Shown piece after piece: positions 15,815 through 17,266 of a DNA stretch of 17,266 nucleotides. Origin of the DNA: an uncultured Thermotogae bacterium (GTDB taxonomy: Bacteria; Bipolaricaulota; Bipolaricaulia; UBA7950; UBA9294); contig CAZMOL010000031.1 in NCBI GenBank assembly GCA_964568045.1, positions 1 through 17,266 of the forward strand, given 5' to 3'. Below the pieces are notes generated by a model. It saw only the letters and a program-made list of their open reading frames with translations, did no database searches and was not told where the DNA came from. The translations under genes were made by a program, and so were the position numbers. Within the stretch, counting starts at the first letter, position 1, and each line of letters opens with the position of its first letter.

Positions 15815-16723
15815 TCAGGTTCCGTTTTCAAAGGCAGGAAGCCCACGATGAAGGCCGAGCTCGCGGGCGGAGCGCACCGCCTCCGCGTACTCGGAAGGCA
15901 AAAGCCGGCAGGCGAGCTCCGGATACTCGTCTGCCCGGTAGCACGGGCGGTACTGCTGCATTACGTTCAGGTAGGTGTTCTGTCCCAAATGTGAGGCGAT
16001 CATCGTGAACACGCGAGCGGAGGCGGCAATGCCGCTGGGCAAGACAAGGTGGCGGATGAGCATTCCACGCTGCGCTATCCCCTCTTCGATCACAAGATCT
16101 CCTACCTGTCGGTGCATCTCGCACAGTACTGCCTCCAGGTTCGTTGCGTATTCCGGAGCACCGGAATAGCGCGCTGCTGCGGCATCGTCGCCGTATTTGG
16201 CATCCGGCATGTAGATGTCGACAATTCCATCCAGGAGGCGCAATACCTCCGGACTCTCGTAGCCGCCGCAGTTCCAGACGATTGGAAGTTCCAGTCCTGC
16301 TTGCCGGGCCAGAGAGAGCGCGGAAACGATCACCGGTGCCTGGTGGGTCGGAGTGACGAGATTGATGTTGTGACAGCCGCGACGGGCAAGCTCGACAAAG
16401 ACCTTCGCCAAGTTCGCGCTGTCCATCTCCTGACCTTCTCCGAGATGACTGATCGTGTAATTCTGGCAGAAGGCACAGGACAGATTGCAGCCGGAGAAAA
16501 AGACTGTTCCGGAGCCGCGGCGGCCGACCAATGGGGGTTCTTCGCCGAAATGCGGCCCGAAGCTTGCCACCTTGGCCCCTGCTCCAACTCCACAGCGCCC
16601 TCGCTCTCCCCACCGGCGATCGACCATGCAGTGGTGCGGACACAGCCGACACGGCGAGAGCAACTCGTCGAGCTTCTCGCACCGCGCGGCCATCTCCGCT
16701 TCGGCAATCCGCAATCTCATCAC
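15815..16723 (-). CDS. Radical SAM enzyme of the PflA-like / AmmeMemoRadiSam-system type
   Basis: 302 aa. An N-terminal auxiliary Cys cluster CRLCPHHC....RCGV, then HFGEEPPLVG..GSGTVFFSGCNLSCAFCQN containing the CX3CX2C radical-SAM motif. The overall pattern matches what I recall of the TIGR04337 family. Start GTG at 16723 or ATG at 16720. Lies 54 nt upstream of the aminotransferase gene. Confidence 0.8.
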   Translation of the reverse strand: MMRLRIAEAEMAARCEKLDELLSPCRLCPHHCMVDRRWGERGRCGVGAGAKVASFGPHFGEEPPLVGRRGSGTVFFSGCNLSCAFCQNYTISHLGEGQEMDSANLAKVFVELARRGCHNINLVTPTHQAPVIVSALSLARQAGLELPIVWNCGGYESPEVLRLLDGIVDIYMPDAKYGDDAAAARYSGAPEYATNLEAVLCEMHRQVGDLVIEEGIAQRGMLIRHLVLPSGIAASARVFTMIASHLGQNTYLNVMQQYRPCYRADEYPELACRLLPSEYAEAVRSARELGLHRGLPAFENGT

Positions 16724-16730
16724 CTACCCT

Positions 16731-16758
16731 TTGTCAAACCGAGCCTCCACGCTACAAT
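16731..16758 (+). promoter_or_regulatory. Sigma70-type promoter for the LemA gene: -35 TTGTCA (16731-16736), 16-nt spacer, -10 TACAAT (16753-16758)
   Basis: cTTGTCAaaccgagcctccacgcTACAATcatagc. The SD AAGGAGGGAG at 16774-16783 precedes the ATG at 16785. The promoter lies within the 61-bp divergent gap shared with the radical SAM gene. Confidence 0.45.
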
Positions 16759-16784
16759 CATAGCAAACGCATCAAGGAGGGAGT

Positions 16785-17266
16785 ATGAATATCGGATTCA
16801 TCCTCATAGTGGTAGCAGTTGTCCTTCTTGGATGGGGTGTGCTGACTTACAACCGCCTCGTGAGGTTGAGAGTGCGCTCGGAGGAGTCGTGGCGCGATAT
16901 CGACACGCAGCTCAAGCGGCGCTACGACCTGATCCCAAACCTTGTGGAGACGGTGAAGGGTTACGCCTCCCACGAAAAGGAGGTCTTCGAACGCGTCACC
17001 CTCGCACGGGCCAAGGCGATCGACGCTTCCTCGCCAAAGGAACAGGCCGTTGCAGAGGAGGGATTGAAGGGCGCGCTCAAGTCACTGTTCGCCGTTGTTG
17101 AAAACTATCCGCAACTGAAGGCAAACGAGAACTTCCTCGGTCTACAGCAAACTCTCGAACAGACCGAAGATGCCGTCCAACGCTCTCGTGTGTACTACAA
17201 CGCGGTGGTGCGCGACCTAAACACCAGCATTCAGGTCTTCCCGCGCAACATCATCGCCAACCTGTT
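16785..17266 (+). CDS. lemA: LemA family membrane protein (3' end outside the window)
   Basis: Translation MNIGFILIVVAVVLLGWGVLTYNRLVRLRVRSEESWRDIDTQLKRRYDLIPNLVETVKGYASHEKEVFERVTLARAKAI... matches the LemA signature (N-terminal TM helix, YN.LV.L...V...W..ID.QLKRR.DLIPNLVETVKGYA.HE). Strong SD; open to the end of the window. Confidence 0.85.
   Translation, partial: MNIGFILIVVAVVLLGWGVLTYNRLVRLRVRSEESWRDIDTQLKRRYDLIPNLVETVKGYASHEKEVFERVTLARAKAIDASSPKEQAVAEEGLKGALKSLFAVVENYPQLKANENFLGLQQTLEQTEDAVQRSRVYYNAVVRDLNTSIQVFPRNIIANL

Noticed and set aside
16049-17101. 350-aa plus-strand ORF (also 15828..16682 minus, 284 aa) overlapping the radical SAM gene
   Set aside because: It is antisense or out-of-frame relative to a radical SAM CDS with clear CX3CX2C and HFGEEP motifs. 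The composition is Arg/Gly/Pro-rich and low-complexity. Its 3' part would also run through the LemA promoter and N-terminus in a different frame.
1-17266. Search for tRNA, rRNA, integrase or transposase genes flanking the low-GC gap and the surface-protein locus
   Set aside because: I found no T-loop/GTTCGA-type tRNA signatures, no rRNA-like segments, and no ORF with integrase or transposase motifs. The window shows no evidence of a mobile element.

Overview
This 17.3-kb window is a GC-rich (roughly 60%), tightly packed bacterial chromosomal segment with strong AGGAGG-type ribosome-binding sites and E. coli-like sigma70 promoter hexamers. I can support 16 protein-coding genes, two of them cut by the window edges. 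In order: an FtsL-like gene fragment and a class B penicillin-binding protein (+ strand); then mnmG and an SPFH/stomatin gene as a minus-strand operon, convergent with the PBP gene; tpiA and pgsA, divergent from the SPFH gene; a 1117-aa secreted multi-repeat surface protein (DUF11-like x4, PKD-like x3, lamin-tail domain) followed by a small secreted ConA/LamG-like protein; a 372-bp low-GC non-coding gap containing a perfect hairpin; a small RHH regulator divergent from a TauE/SafE permease; a minus-strand cluster of radical SAM (AmmeMemoRadiSam-type), a class V aminotransferase (SerC-like), a short 2-hydroxyacid dehydrogenase (SerA-like), DUF1015 and a nitroreductase; and a LemA gene fragment. 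I found no rRNA, tRNA, CRISPR array, transposase or integrase. The most interesting observation is the serine-pathway-like operon translationally coupled to two proteins of unknown role (DUF1015, nitroreductase) and preceded by a radical SAM enzyme with no AMMECR1/MEMO1 partner in the window. Also of note are the giant LTD-bearing surface protein with a poly-C8 tract upstream and the anomalous low-GC convergent intergenic region. One caveat on coordinates: in the region 12421-12540 the displayed sequence appears 1 nt out of register with the ORF track, so there I used track coordinates and codon arithmetic.
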